Assembly: GCA_028534125.1 (NCBI GenBank)
Contig: CM052832.1
Coordinates: forward strand, 16,494,001-16,558,000
Reading direction: 5' to 3'
Length of the DNA stretch: 64,000 nt
Origin: Lama glama
Lineage: Eukaryota
Shown: positions 37,701 through 59,203 of the stretch, piece by piece
How the letters are laid out: each line of letters begins with the position of its first letter
Position numbering within the stretch: the first letter of the stretch is position 1
Made by a program: the position numbers and the translations under genes
Notes under the pieces: model-generated
Database searches by the model: none
Told to the model about the DNA's origin: nothing
Seen by the model: the letters and a program-made list of their open reading frames with translations, nothing else

Positions 37701-40700
37701 TGCCAAACTGCTTTCAAAAAGTTTGGCCAACACTTCATCAAGAATATACGAGCACTTGTGTCATCCTTTACCAAACTTGAGTATTACCAACCCTTTAAAT
37801 TTTGCCCATCTGATAGATTAAACAAACAACTTTACTAATGAAAGATTTTTCTTTTTCATATGCTTTCTGGCTCTTTGTGTTTCTCTTGAAAATAAATTGT
37901 CATATTCTTTGTCTATTTTCCCTCTAGAAATTATATATGCAGACATGAGAGCTCTTAATACAGTATAGATATCAATCCCTTGTGTCTGTTACATATATTG
38001 TAATTATTTTCTCCCATCTGTCTTTTTAAAGTGTTTATGTAGTTAAATCTGAAACAATATTTTCTTTTATAGATTTTGACTTTATTTCACTCTTAGGAAG
38101 GTTTTATATCACTCCAAGATCATTCCTTTGTATTTCTTCCTAAAACATTTATTTTTCAGAAATATAAAAAACTGAGGTGGGTGGGTATAGCTCAGTGGTA
38201 GAGTGTGTGCTTCGCATGCACGAGGTCTTGGGTTCAATCCCTAGTACCTCCATCAAAAATAAATAAGTAAATAAAAAAATAAAGACAAAAAAAAAAGAAA
38301 AAACACTGAAAAAAAAATGTAAAGCACAGTATGATAAGCATCCCTATTCCTGCTAACATATGAGGTATGTTAATGTACTTTCATTTTTACAACATCATTT
38401 TACTTTAAAGAAATAAAAACATCATAGATAAAGCTAAGCTTTTCTTGATTCTTCCAAGTTTTATCCACCCCACCCTCCACTGTGCAGGGAAAACCCTCCT
38501 ATGCATTTGGTATGTACCCTTTCTGTCATATTTAGATGATTAATCTGCTGTAATTTACTTTTGAGTTGGCTGTGAGCTAAAACTCTTCCCCAGAGAAGCC
38601 AAATAGTCTAGTACCATTTATTAAATAGTTCACCACCCCCCTCCAGGGATGTGAAATGCTGACTTTTCCATCAATTTAGCAGTCTAAGATCAACTTTTCT
38701 CAATGTTCTTTAATTAACATGTTCTACTTTTATTTTGGGAAAAATAAATATGAAAAAACCCACACTTCATCTTAGTGATGGAAGCACTGCTCTCCTCCCC
38801 ATAATGAGACATGATTTCTACCTTAAAGAGATGTTCATACTAACTGGTACGACATATTTTGAAAAAACTGCCTGTATCAAAAGCTTATATTGAGTGACGA
38901 CTGACTGCGGTGCAGAGGAAGAAAAGGTAACAGTGGGCAGCGTGGTTGGAGAGGGCTTCTAGAAGGAGGTGGGGCTTACACTGGCTGAGAAGGGAGAATA
39001 ACTCAGCAAGGTGGAAAACTTAGCAAGGTGTACAGGAAGGTGAAAGGCAAGAGACAGATAACAGACAGGCAGGTTTACTGAAAAGATGCTTGGGGTCACT
39101 GCAGACAGAACCGCGTAGCAGGAGTTGCAGATTTGTAGGTGTCCTGTGAGAGATAAAGTTGGAAAGGCAAAGGGAACGTAAACCGGATGGCTCAGTCATC
39201 TGTAAAGCAGGGCCACAGCCTACTTCTACTGAGCAGATCAAAGTGGGTAAAGGGTGGGAAATGTCTAATACTGTGCTGGCACAGAGCAGAAGTGTAGTGA
39301 ATATTACATTAAAAAAAGAAAAAAAAACTAAGCTGGCTTTGGACTTGTTCTTTTTACAAAGACTGTGAGAAAATGACCTCTTGTTTCTCAACGTTCAAAG
39401 GCTTCAAAAGCAGTGCCATCCACTGGCACCTCACTGGATGTGACAACCCAGCCCAGCCACTCCAGCATGAACTGGCACGTCCCTCAGACCTGACACGGGA
39501 ACTGAGGGAAAACCTCCACTCCCCCAGGAGATTCCGGGTCATTTCATCTGTTCAAAGAAAACATTTGCATTTTAAGGCAGTGGTCTCCAGAGATGGGCCT
39601 TTCTACCAAGGAGTTAGAAGGCCACCTGCTGGCAGGGCTGGCAGAGGATTGGGAGGAAAGAAGGCCTGAGAGGGCTTGGGAGTGACCTGAGTATAAGTGA
39701 GATTTCAGCAAGGTCTAGAACCTTCTGGGTCCTGCTTCCCTCATCTGTATATGGAATAATAATATCAATCTCATATGCTTCTTAGAATTCAGTATGATGA
39801 ACAAAGCACCTATCTACTATGAGGGATATTTTTGTTACTCAGAAAGCCTTAGTTAAATAATGTAAGAATAAAAATAACAGTTCTTATCATCTGGCGAGTA
39901 CCAAAACTGCACCAAGTGCTTGCCTCATTTACTAGTCACAACTTCCATTTTAGAGAAGCAAATTGGATTTGTAGAGGCTAAGCTGCATGTCCCCATCACA
40001 CAGCCTTTAAGTGACAGAGCTGGAACTTGGATGGGGTCTGAGGTCTGTCTCAGGGTACTCTGCTCTGTTGCCACGTACAATGGCAATGTCAAGTTGGATG
40101 CCTGCCCTTTGAAGACCTTCTCTCTTTGTTTTTAAGTTAAAAAAACTCTGAGTAGGCCAGCCTATCTCACTCATGTTAGGGGAGTTAAAGAAAAGGGGAT
40201 TTTTGACCAAATTGGGGAGGTTCCAGGGTGTGAGTGGGGTACCTGTATATTCTTGGAGAGCTGGGGGATGATAACAGCAATCAAACTGAGTTCAGGTTGC
40301 TCATCTCAACCTAGAGGTTTTCATCTAACGTTCTTACTTGAGAAGGAAAATCTCTAGAAGGGGAAAAGGAATTTCACCTACTATCTTCCTAGGGAGGGCT
40401 GTACCTCTACAGAGCTCCCTCCACTGCCACTATAGTATTAACAGGTCCCCATATGAAACCCTCCATATCGAAGGCTTTCCAGAATGCAGATATATTTGGG
40501 GATTTGACAGAGTTGAACTGAAAATACATAGAGTCAGCCCTCCATATACTTGGGTTCCACATCCGCAGCTTCAACCAACCACAGATCTAAAACATTCAGG
40601 AAAAATAAAATGACAGAAAGTTCCAAATAGCAAAAATTGAATTTGATGCTTTCCTGCAACTACTTACATAGCATTGACATTGTATCAGGTATTACAAGTA

Positions 40701-42588
40701 ATCTAGAGACGATTTAAAGTAACAAGAAGATAGTATGTAGGCTAGATGCAAATATTATGTCATTTTATATAAGGGACTTGGGCATCTGTGGATTTTGGGA
40801 TTCAGGGAGGTGGGTCCTGGAACCAATCCCTCTTGGACATCAAGGGACAACTGCACACTGTATATTATGTATCCCAGGAGAGCCTGGGCAGCCCCAGTCA
40901 CCAAATGCATCAATGTTTCTGCAGTGAAATGTATGAATATTGACATCAATAGGAGAAAAACATATCATAGATAGCCTCATTTTAGCTCAGGTTAGGTTTT
41001 GTCACCAAATGAGTTTGGTGGCAAACTGACGAAAAATGCTTCATTCTCAAGAGTGTTTTTGAGTTTCAGAACTGAGGGTAAGAGAGGAGGCATCTGCTGA
41101 TAACCACAGGAATAGCGGCCAGCAACTAGAGTGCTTATCATGTGTCAGGTGCTTTAATTATGTATGGTGTCAGCTGATTCTCAAAACATGTCACAACATG
41201 GGCACTGTGAACACGGGCATTATCACTGTATAATTCTATAAAGTATCACACTGGATAGAGCAGATATTTAAGAGCATGGATAGTCTAGTTAGGCTGCCTG
41301 GGATACAATCCCTGCTCTACCACTTAATAGCTGTGTGACTTCGGCAAATTACTTAACTTCTCTGTGCTGTTTCTCCATCTGAGAAATGGGGGATGATATG
41401 AGTATTTATAACTTCATAGGGTAGTCGTAAGAATTAAATGAGTTGCTGTGTGAGAAGCACCTAGCACACAACAAGGGTTATTATTTTATTTTCCACATGG
41501 GCAAATTAAAGATCAGCAAAGTTTAGTAACTTGCCTAAGAATACACAGCTATTAAGTGTGGAGCTGGGATTTGAACGCAGGCAATGTAACTCCGGAGAGT
41601 ACCCTCTATTCTACTGTTTGCACTACAGGCAACAACCAGTCAAGAGACAAATGAGCTACTAATCCGGGAAGATGTGAAACCGGATACTAGTTGCTGTTTG
41701 GGGAATAATGTAAAGGCACAAATGATAGTCACAAGTCAACTTGATCAACTACTTCCCTAAGTCCCATGACCAGAAAACTAGCTTATTTTTCAACCACTGG
41801 CCTTCAACCATTGGTCTCAGACCCCATCAGTTGTTCATGACCTTGTCCCCCACCAGGCAGACTCACCATCAGGGCCCTGGCGGGCAGCAGCATGCAGTGC
41901 CGTGTCCCCGTGGCGGTCCTGGTGGGCAGGGTCAGCTCCAAGCCGAAGGAGCAGGCACAGGGCAGGGGCATCATGGCGGGCACAGGCCCGGTGCAGTGGT
42001 GGGGGCTGCCCAGCATCTACATCAAGGCCTGGGTGTCTCTGGAGGAGGGCTTGGGCCCGAACCAGCCGTCCTGCAGACAAATAACGACGGAAGCGACGTT
42101 CTCGGCGTTGGCGACGGGAAGTGGAGGCCATGGAACTCTTGGGCTGAGGAAGAAGGAAAAAAATGCAGCAGTCAAGACCCCCAGCCTTGGATGGTCCTTT
42201 CCCTTCCATCTCTGACACTGTTTCTCCCTTCCGTTCCCCATTTCTTCTGACATCTTCAGCTAGAGATAAGGCCTGTCCTAACCCTCATTCCTTTACCAGG
42301 CGATAGGTTTGAAAAAAATTGAGGGGGGCTGGGGTCACATTTATTTTTTAATGTAAAATTTGAGGAAAGGATAAATGATTACTTCAAGGCTCACTAGTCC
42401 ATTTTTTTTAAATAAAGGACTTTGTTATATAATAAAAAACAGACTGGTGGGGTAAATTTTTATCAAAAGAAATTTGAATCTTAAGTCACGGATAATTTCA
42501 AATAATGATCTAGAAATTGAATATGATGTACCCGGTAGACAGATGTAGAGGCTTCTCCCTCTGGGACTTGGGGGGAGGGGTTACTCAT
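34760..42588 (-). CDS. NFKBIL1: NF-kB inhibitor-like protein 1 (381 aa, ankyrin repeats)
   Basis: Exons 42588-42532, 42143-41867, 35705-35484 and 35349-34760. Protein reads MSNPSPQVPE...RRQRRERRFRRYLSAGR...RWHPDRFLQRF...NRHAEALK. Confidence 0.97.
38176..38305 (+). mobile_element. tRNA-derived SINE (Vic-1-like) within an old L1 remnant
   Basis: GGGTATAGCTCAGTGGTAGAG...GGTTCAATCCCTAGTACCTCCA followed by an A-rich tail. Confidence 0.85.
40530..40853. mobile_element. MER2-like Tigger DNA transposon
   Basis: GTCAGCCCTCCATATACTTGGGTTCCACATCC...GTAATCTAGAGACGATTTAAAGTA...GGAACCAATCCC...AGGGACAACTG. Confidence 0.75.
41255..41605. mobile_element. MIR SINEs (two, opposite orientation)
   Basis: CTCTACCACTTAATAGCTGTGTGACTTCGGCAAATTACTTAAC core and GTAACTTGCCTAAG...GGGATTTGAAC. 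Confidence 0.7.
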
Positions 42589-42589
42589 C

Positions 42590-43686
42590 AGACCTGCCCC
42601 CCCGCCCCCCTAAGTACCCCCGGAGCAGTAGGCTCAAGGCCTGTGTTTAAGACGCTCGGAGGAAGGGAGGCGGGAAGGGCGGAGACACTCTAGGCTGACG
42701 GAAATGGCGCAAGCCAAGACGCAGGTGAAGGGCGGAAATGAACTGTGTGGCGCGTTATCGATGTCCTTCCGCCCCAAGGGGGCGGGAGGTGTTTCCTCGC
42801 TGTAGTCTCCGGGGGGGAAACTAGGGAAATCAAGACAAACGGTCCGTTTGAAACCGGAAGACTGGACGATAATGCGATATGCGATGAAAAGGTAAGCATA
42901 GGCAAGGGCTATGTGGAGGTTTAAGCCCGCCTCCCCCAACTGAGGAGAGGAGATGGTTCAGTGGTAGACAAAAAAATGAGAAAAGAGAAAATAGGAGAAT
43001 ATAAAAACAGGATAAATATCACAGTGAAAATGGAAAACCAAACCCAAAACCATAGTGAGGCCAAGAAGAGGGACAGATCATAAAGAGAAAAACACAGACA
43101 TAAAAAAACACGCGGAACAACCGTAGGACAAGGAAAGTGAGATGGGTGCAGAAATTTGGAATTGGGAAAGATGTAGAAAAATTAGATGGAAATGGCAGGG
43201 AGAAAAAAGAGAGGAAGAGAAATTGGAAGAATTCAGAGAAGCCCAGCATACTCTGTTCCCAACACGCCACGCATGGTAATTTCTTTTTCTCCTCAACCCA
43301 TTTTTAATCCCTCTATGCCTCCTTCTCTCCCCAGTACTCCTTTCCTCTCTACCCCTGCCCCCATTCCTAGACCTTCCTACTGGGAAGGTCTATACCTGCT
43401 ATGATGGTAGCAGGCAGCTTTGGGCGTGGTCTCTGCTGCCCTCAGGCGGTTCTTCTGGGTACTGCCAGAGTGAGATGTGGAAGAGGACCAGCCATCAATG
43501 GGAGGATCATTTTGGGAGAGACACCAGGCGCAAGAGGCTGAGTGAAAAGGGGAGCACTAAGACCCAGGGGTAGGGGAAGGCTGCAGCAAACAGCTGGAGG
43601 AGAAGTAGGCGGTTTGGAGAGGAAAGAAGGGGGAGCCATCTGGTACCTTGGTAGCATCTGAAACAGCATCGGTCATAACGACACAA
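42590..43686. promoter_or_regulatory. Divergent promoter region between NFKBIL1 and ATP6V1G2
   Basis: Head-to-head ATGs 1.1 kb apart. CpG-rich at 42590-42930 with YY1-like GGAAATGGCG (42701-42710) and Ets CCGGAAG. A plus-strand donor AG|GTAAGC at about 42892 may mark an alternative ATP6V1G2 first exon. Confidence 0.7.
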
Positions 43687-44834
43687 ATGGCCAGTCAGTC
43701 CCAGGGTATCCAGCAGCTCCTGCAAGCCGAGAAGCGGGCGGCTGAGAAGGTGGCAGATGCCAGAAAGAGTGAGTCTCCTCATGTCTCCGTTAGAAGTCTG
43801 GAAAGAAAATTGGACGTGATAACAAACATTTTTGAGTCCTTGGGATAACTCAAGGCTGGAGAGGAGGGAGACAGCTGGGGGCTGCAGTGGCTTCTTAGAA
43901 GGGAAGAAATGGGTGGCTGTTGGAATCTAGCACCTGGTTGACTGAGAGAAGGCAGAGTAACTTTTTGGAAAGGACTGACCCCTACCATCACATTTGGTGG
44001 GGGGGGGGGTTCTACACCTCTGTCCTTCCTTTTGCTTCCAGGAAAGGCCCGGCGTCTGAAGCAGGCAAAGGAAGAAGCACAGATGGAAGTGGAGCAATAC
44101 CGCAGAGAAAGAGAACAGGAATTCCAGAACAAGCAGCAGGCGGTGAGTCCTGGGGAAGTTGGGAGGGGACCCCAGGGTGCAAGTTGGTGGGTACCTCTGG
44201 TGAGGTGTGTATAGGGTGATCCCACAAGAAAATAAGGTGGTAAAGGGCTAAAGGGGACCCTGGCGAGGGCCATGACATTGGTCAAGCTTTGTGATATGTA
44301 AAAGAGTCTGGAAGTTTTGAAGGGCTTGTACAATTTAGGGAGGTGGGGGGAATCGCCACATTTTATGTAGAGTATGATGATGACATTTGGGGTGGAAGGC
44401 AGAGCTTTATGGGCATGGTGGTGAGGTGGTGGGGATTGTATGGTCTGTTTTAGGATGATGCTGCATGTCAGGTCTTAGAGGAGAGGGCGTTGTGTGGCTC
44501 TTTGGTGTCTGGATATTACCATGGATGGGAGTGGTTTTGGAGAGGGCCTTTCTTCCTGGCCTGGCTCCAGGATCCTTCCCTCCACATGCCTGGATGCTTC
44601 TTTTTCTGTTTCTGCCTTTTCCTTTCTCTCTTCCACTCCTCCCAACCCCTCCCAACCCAGGCCATGGGCTCCCAGGGGAACCTGTCTGCTGAGGTGGAGC
44701 AGGCTACAAGGCGCCAGGTGCAGGGCATGCAGAGCTCCCAGCAGAGAAACCGAGAACGTGTCCTGGCCCAGCTTCTTGGCATGGTCTGCAACGTCAGGCC
44801 CCAGGTCCACCCCAACTACCGGATTGCTGCTTAG
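43687..44834 (+). CDS. ATP6V1G2: V-type proton ATPase subunit G2 (118 aa)
   Basis: Exons 43687-43768, 44042-44142 and 44661-44834. Protein reads MASQSQGIQQLLQAEKRAAEKVADARKRKARRLKQAKEEA...VHPNYRIAA. AATAAA at about 45732 and 45746. Confidence 0.98.
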
Positions 44835-46779
44835 AATCCACCCCGGTGCCTGACTCCTCCTGCCAGTTCCCTCCTTCAAAGAACTCCCTAAGTCAAAATC
44901 ACCTCCCACCATAATCCTTCTCTCCTTTCCACTCCCAAGAAATTCTTGGAAGCAGGCTCCAATAATTCTCCCTTGAAATTCATAAATGTCCTGCTCAGAC
45001 CTGAATCTCCTGATTGTCCTTTAACCTTCAGTGGGACCTCATAAACTCCCAAGTCACCCTCATGAAATTTGTAGCATGGAGAAATAGGGATGTGGAAAAT
45101 ACTAACTTCAAAGCCTGGAAGGCTTGGGTCTCTCTCCCGACCCTGCCACTTGCTGGCTGGGCAACCAGGACAAGCTACTTCAGCTGTAGCCCCAGTGTCC
45201 TCTGCAAGACTGGAATAGTAACAATCACGCCTACTTTGCAGGGTTGCTGCAATTACTAGGATTCTTCCGTAAAGAGCCTAGCATGGTTTCTGGCATGTGG
45301 TAGCTGTGGTCCAATAAATGGCAACCCTGTTATATTATTACTATTTCCTGCCCACCTACCAAAACCTAAACACAGCTGATTCCTCACTTCTGTCTGTGGC
45401 TAATTCTACTCATTCATTCTGTGGTGCGAGTTATTCTCTAAAGAATTGGTTTTTCCCACCTCTTTTCCCAGAGACCTTATGATCCCTGAAAAAATGAAAT
45501 GATGATCTCATTTAGCCTCTCTACTGTGGTTCCAGGAAGATGTTTGCATTTATTAGCCTCTCTTTTTGTCTCTCTTAAGTTGGTCTTTCTCTTTATTGGA
45601 TTTTCCTCTCTCCCTAATTCTCCAAAGACCCATCAGATGTTCACTGCTTCCTGAGATCTAAAGTGACGCTGTTCCCTCGTATGCATGGCCTTCCTTTCTA
45701 CATCTTCAACACCTTACTTTGCCTTTGTAACAATAAAAAAGTGTCAATAAAATAATTATGGGCAAATCGATTGGTGGTTCGAATCAGCCTCCTTTTGTTT
45801 CATCATTTCTCATTTTCAGTCACTCTTGTTCCTTGTTTACTGATTCCCCAAACAGCCAAAAGGGCTGTCCTTTGAAGATTGTTGGAGAAACAAAAGCAAA
45901 TGGTACGTAATTTTTTCTCTAAAGTGAGAAACAAGTGGTTCCTCCTTTGGGAACCTGAGGACTAAAGATGGCAACTGTAGAGAAAAGCTAGGATGTAGGA
46001 ACAAGCACTCTGCCCCTTACGTTGCTTTATTTTCCTTCATAGCACTTATCGATACTTGACATGTTTATGTGTTGTCTCCCCTATTATGTGAACTCTGTGA
46101 TCACAGGTGTTCACTGCTGTGTCCCCAGATTCTAGGATGGCACTTGGCACAGGATAGACAATTGATAAATACTGTTGAAAAAATTGATATTGTGGGTTGG
46201 AAAAACTGCCCCCCCCAAAAAAAACTGCCCTTCCATGACACCATCCTTGGATTACTGTTCTTTTGACCACAGGAAACAAGCCTGTTTCATCAAGGACTTA
46301 AACCAATGAGATAATCCGTAGTTTATTAACTAGACTCTTGAAGCAGGTGGAAAGGTAGAGAATAAAGAGATGTGTACATTTTGGCTCTGTCACCTGTTAG
46401 CTGTATTACTTTGGAAACATGTTGCTTTATTACTCTAAATCTGCTTGCTTGTTATAGAATGGTATTAATGATACACCATGATGTTAAGTGGTTAAGTGTG
46501 ACAACAGGTAAAGGGCCAAACGTTTGTCATTTTTGTTATGTCACATTTGACTTCTGTAGCATATAAAGGCGGGGGTTGGGGAGGGACACATCAAATGTTT
46601 TATTCAAGAAAAATCCAGGCTGAACAAAGGAGCTACTGGGGGCGGGGCTAAGTACATTCTGGTCAAATTAACAATATTTATAAAACATTACATAACCCTC
46701 CAGCCCTACCATTTATCTTTAACACTTGGGGCAGAATCTAGACCCCGTCCCCCATACGGTGGCTTCAGAACACCTTTTT

Positions 46780-47900
46780 GATTCGCAGTCCAAGTCCACG
46801 AACTTCAGGGACCTTAAGGCATCAGCTACATCGGCCCACTTTATTTTGGGCAAATGCCGCCCGCCTGCCCTACGGCTAGGGAAAGGGTAGGGGTAGGACC
46901 GTGAGCACTCGCTTCCCTCACCTGGAGCCTGCCGTCCCCTAGCTCCCGCTCCAACGCCCCCAGGTCACCTTGACTACCGGGCCAAGGACCCCGTGGGAAC
47001 TCGCAGTCCCGCCACCTTGGGTCCTCGTGCCCCCCGGAGGGGTGCCCAGAGAGAAGACCTGCGTGGCAAGAACCTAAATAAAGAGGAGAAGGGCGTGGAA
47101 AAGAGTAGGAAAAGAAGAAAAGAATAACCATCTGAGAAGATGCTAGTCTCCTTTATGCTTTTGTTACTGGCAGTAGCGGAGCACTTAGAAGTGACTTAAA
47201 AAAATTTTTTTTCACACAGGCATCTCTAAAGACAACCAGAGAGCGTGCGGAACTATAGAACAGTGGAAGGTCCTTCTTCCGGTCCCTTGCGTCTGCGCTC
47301 TCGCAGCCCAGAAGGCGGGAGGCCTGGGTAGAGGGAAGCCGGGAACCGGAAGTGAAGGCAGATTCCCTCCTTCGTCTCTGTTGCCGCCGCCATACGTCTT
47401 CGCCTTGCCCAGGTAAGCCTTGGCCTTCGGTACCATCCACGTCCATCTGCGTTCCTCTGCGGCCATCCTGTCGCATGGGCTCCTGATAACCACAGTATAG
47501 GCTCTGGTCTGGTCGCTGGGGTCTGATTGGGTCATTACATCCATCGTTTGCATCTCTTTCGGGAGCAATAATTTTCAGGGGGAGGTAGGGAATCTAGGGG
47601 GTCAATCCAAGATGGTGGCTTCGTCGCCATTGTGTTTCCTTTGCTTTTCGCTCCTCCAGTGGACCCCTAATTTATCAGAGGCCCCAGCGACCGTGATAGG
47701 AGGTGTTATGCGTTCTCTGATCCTGGGCTTTGGGGGAAGGCGGGGCTCTTCTCACCTTCCCGCTTTTCTCTGAGCCCTTGGCCCGCGGTGGAAATAGTTG
47801 GCTTCTGGGCCTAGTTGGACTCTTACTTGTCCACCATTATTTGGAGCGCTGTCCAAATGTTGACGAGTGGTGTCATTGTGTTTTTCGGAAAGGAGTCGCC
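46780..47900 (+). promoter_or_regulatory. DDX39B CpG-island promoter and non-coding exon 1
   Basis: CpG-rich with tandem Ets/GABP sites CCGGGAACCGGAAGTG (about 47339-47354). Exon-1 donor CAG|GTAAGC at 47412/47413. Confidence 0.75.
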
Positions 47901-48132
47901 CCTGAGGAGTAGCCCAACGGTGCTGTGAGACCACTTGGCAAAGGTTCTGTTAGCTGGAACGAGAATACATCTTTCTCAATTATTATCTTTTTACTCATCG
48001 TATGAAGGAGTTTTTTCTGGCCGGGCCATTTCTCTGCCCCCCCCCCCCCGCAATTAATTAAGGATTTCTTAAGCATCAGAAGGAGGTTACTGAGGACTGG
48101 GAGGCTGGAGTGCTGGGTGGGAGAGGTGGATG

Positions 48133-48215
48133 GCAGCCACATTATGTTTTCATTTTGAAAGGTAAGGGCTTTGCGCAATGACGACTTGAATCTATCACCC
48201 TTGACTGATGGCTGC
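48133..48215 (+). ncRNA. SNORD84: C/D box snoRNA SNORD84 (U84), box C degenerate
   Basis: In DDX39B intron 1. Terminal stem GCAGCCA/TGGCTGC, guide ATCTATCACCCTTGA, box D CTGA at 48205-48208. The box C position reads ATTATG (48141-48146). Confidence 0.85.
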
Positions 48216-48643
48216 TATGTTAGAGGTTGACGCTTTGAGATTGTAGGGAAAGCACCAAGGTCTTCCATTGAGGATTCTTTTTTTTTTTTTTTTGGGTCAT
48301 TTCCGTCTTCATTCTCCGCTTTCTTCAGTCATTAGTCATGTTTTGTTTTTCACGGGTTTTTTTCCCCTCACTACCGTCACATACCAAGACTATGTATAAG
48401 CTGGTCTTGCCCTTCCAACTTAGCGTTTTCTGCTTCTCCTATACTGTCTCCTTGGGAACCTGTGTCCTAACTACCTCCCTTGGGGCCACTTTCTCTATTA
48501 TCTGTATTATGTTTGCCTTTTGCTATTATGTCTTGTTCCTTTGTTACTTTTCTTTCCAGGTAAATAAATGTTTCATAGTTTAGGGAGAGCAGGAAGCGTG
48601 TGGGTATAGAAAAGGCTGTGAAGGCCCAGCTCATGACTGATGA

Positions 48644-57792
<9,149 letters not shown>

Positions 57793-58316
57793 AGAATTCA
57801 CCCACCCATTCTGGAATGTGACAGTCCATCCCTTTTCAGGAGATGACACCAGGCATGGGGATGAAGGAGACACTACTGCCACCTGCCCCTGACTACCCCA
57901 GCCCCCACCCCATGGCTTCCCTCTTTTGCATCACCACCACTCCTAATCCCCCCACTTCCTGATTTGTCAATTTTTTTTAACAAAACTAAAAAACATATGT
58001 GTCTGTGGTATCTGTAAGCGCTCCGTCCCTTTATTGGATTTGGGGTGAGATTTTAGGGCGTAATCCAGAGTAAGTTCCTATAGGGACTGTGCGCTGCTGT
58101 GGGGCCAAGGTCAATGGGAGGTGTCAAACTGGGGGATGTGACTGAAAAGACTGCAGAGGCCGTGATTCCTCACTGCTTTCCATATCCTGGCCCTTTGTGG
58201 AGGATTCCATTTTCTTAGTGGCTGGGAGAGGCCGGGGTGTTCCTGATTGAAGGGCTGGGGAGAGTGGTATGCAGTATTGCCAGTGTTGGAGGGTGAAGTG
58301 CAAACTGGTGGAAAGC

Positions 58317-59203
58317 TTAGGCGTCTCCTCCCGGGCTCTCCCTGTGTCTCATCTGCTCTTTCAGCTTCTGGATCTTGAGCACTAGGGCCTGGGCTTCCCA
58401 GGCCCCCTCTTGACCTTCCAGCAGGGCCTGGTATAGCTCCAACTGCTGTTCCAGCAACTCCTCAGCCTGGGCCAGCTCATCTGTGGGATGAGGCTGGGGG
58501 TCCTGGGAGAGGGAGCATTAGGGAGGGAGCATCAGCTAGGGCAGGAGGCTGAGGCTCACTGAAAGGAATTATGTGTCTTTCCAGTTTTTCAACCTCATTA
58601 GTTTTAAGGTCCTCTACTGCAGAGCCAAGGTTAACTTCCTGTCTTAGGCATAGGCCTGGGGCTGGATGGGAGAGCAATTAGAGATCACAGCCCATGGGCT
58701 ATGACTTGACTCCCTGTGCAGCATGTGGGGTTATGGGAAGGGGAGGACTTGCTGTCCCAACCCACCCCAAAGAAATAGTTAACTGTTAGGGGAAATTCCT
58801 GTTCAAGGACTTCGTGGGCTGTGAGGAGGGAAGGGTGCGGTAGAGGGTCCCCTGAGGTCTGGAGTGGTCTGGGGGCAGGGAAAGTTCCGGGAAACTGGGT
58901 TGGGACTAGGCAACAAGCACCTGGGTTACGGGTAGTGTCTGCTTTCAGCTGGCCTTTGTTATGGGATGAGATGGAGGTGATTCCCTGTACCCCCCCAGTA
59001 CAAATTTGCCCTCCAGCCTCACTCTTGGTCCACTTACCCTGGGGGGTGACATCTTCCCACTGCCTTGTAGAGCTGGTCTCTTCTGTACTTGCCTTGGGAT
59101 CTTGGGAGAAGCGCCTCCAGGAGCCCTGAAGTGCATAGGGCCAGGATGGCAGGAGGAGGAGGCGGCAGCAATGTCCAGAGAGCCAGGGCAGAGGGAAGAC
59201 CAT
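58317..59203 (-). pseudogene. MCCD1: Mitochondrial coiled-coil domain 1, frameshifted as assembled
   Basis: Exon 1 59203-59038 (MVFPLPWLS...; 166 nt, ends in phase 1). Exon 2 58502-58317 (ELAQAEELLEQQLELYQALLEGQEGAWEAQALVLKIQKLKEQMR) requires phase 0. AATAAA at 58030-58035. Confidence 0.8.

Noticed and set aside
38180..38253. tRNA-like sequence (also at about 8610-8680, 29445-29515 and 51205-51275)
   Set aside because: These are SINE heads with A-rich tails and TSDs, not tRNA genes.
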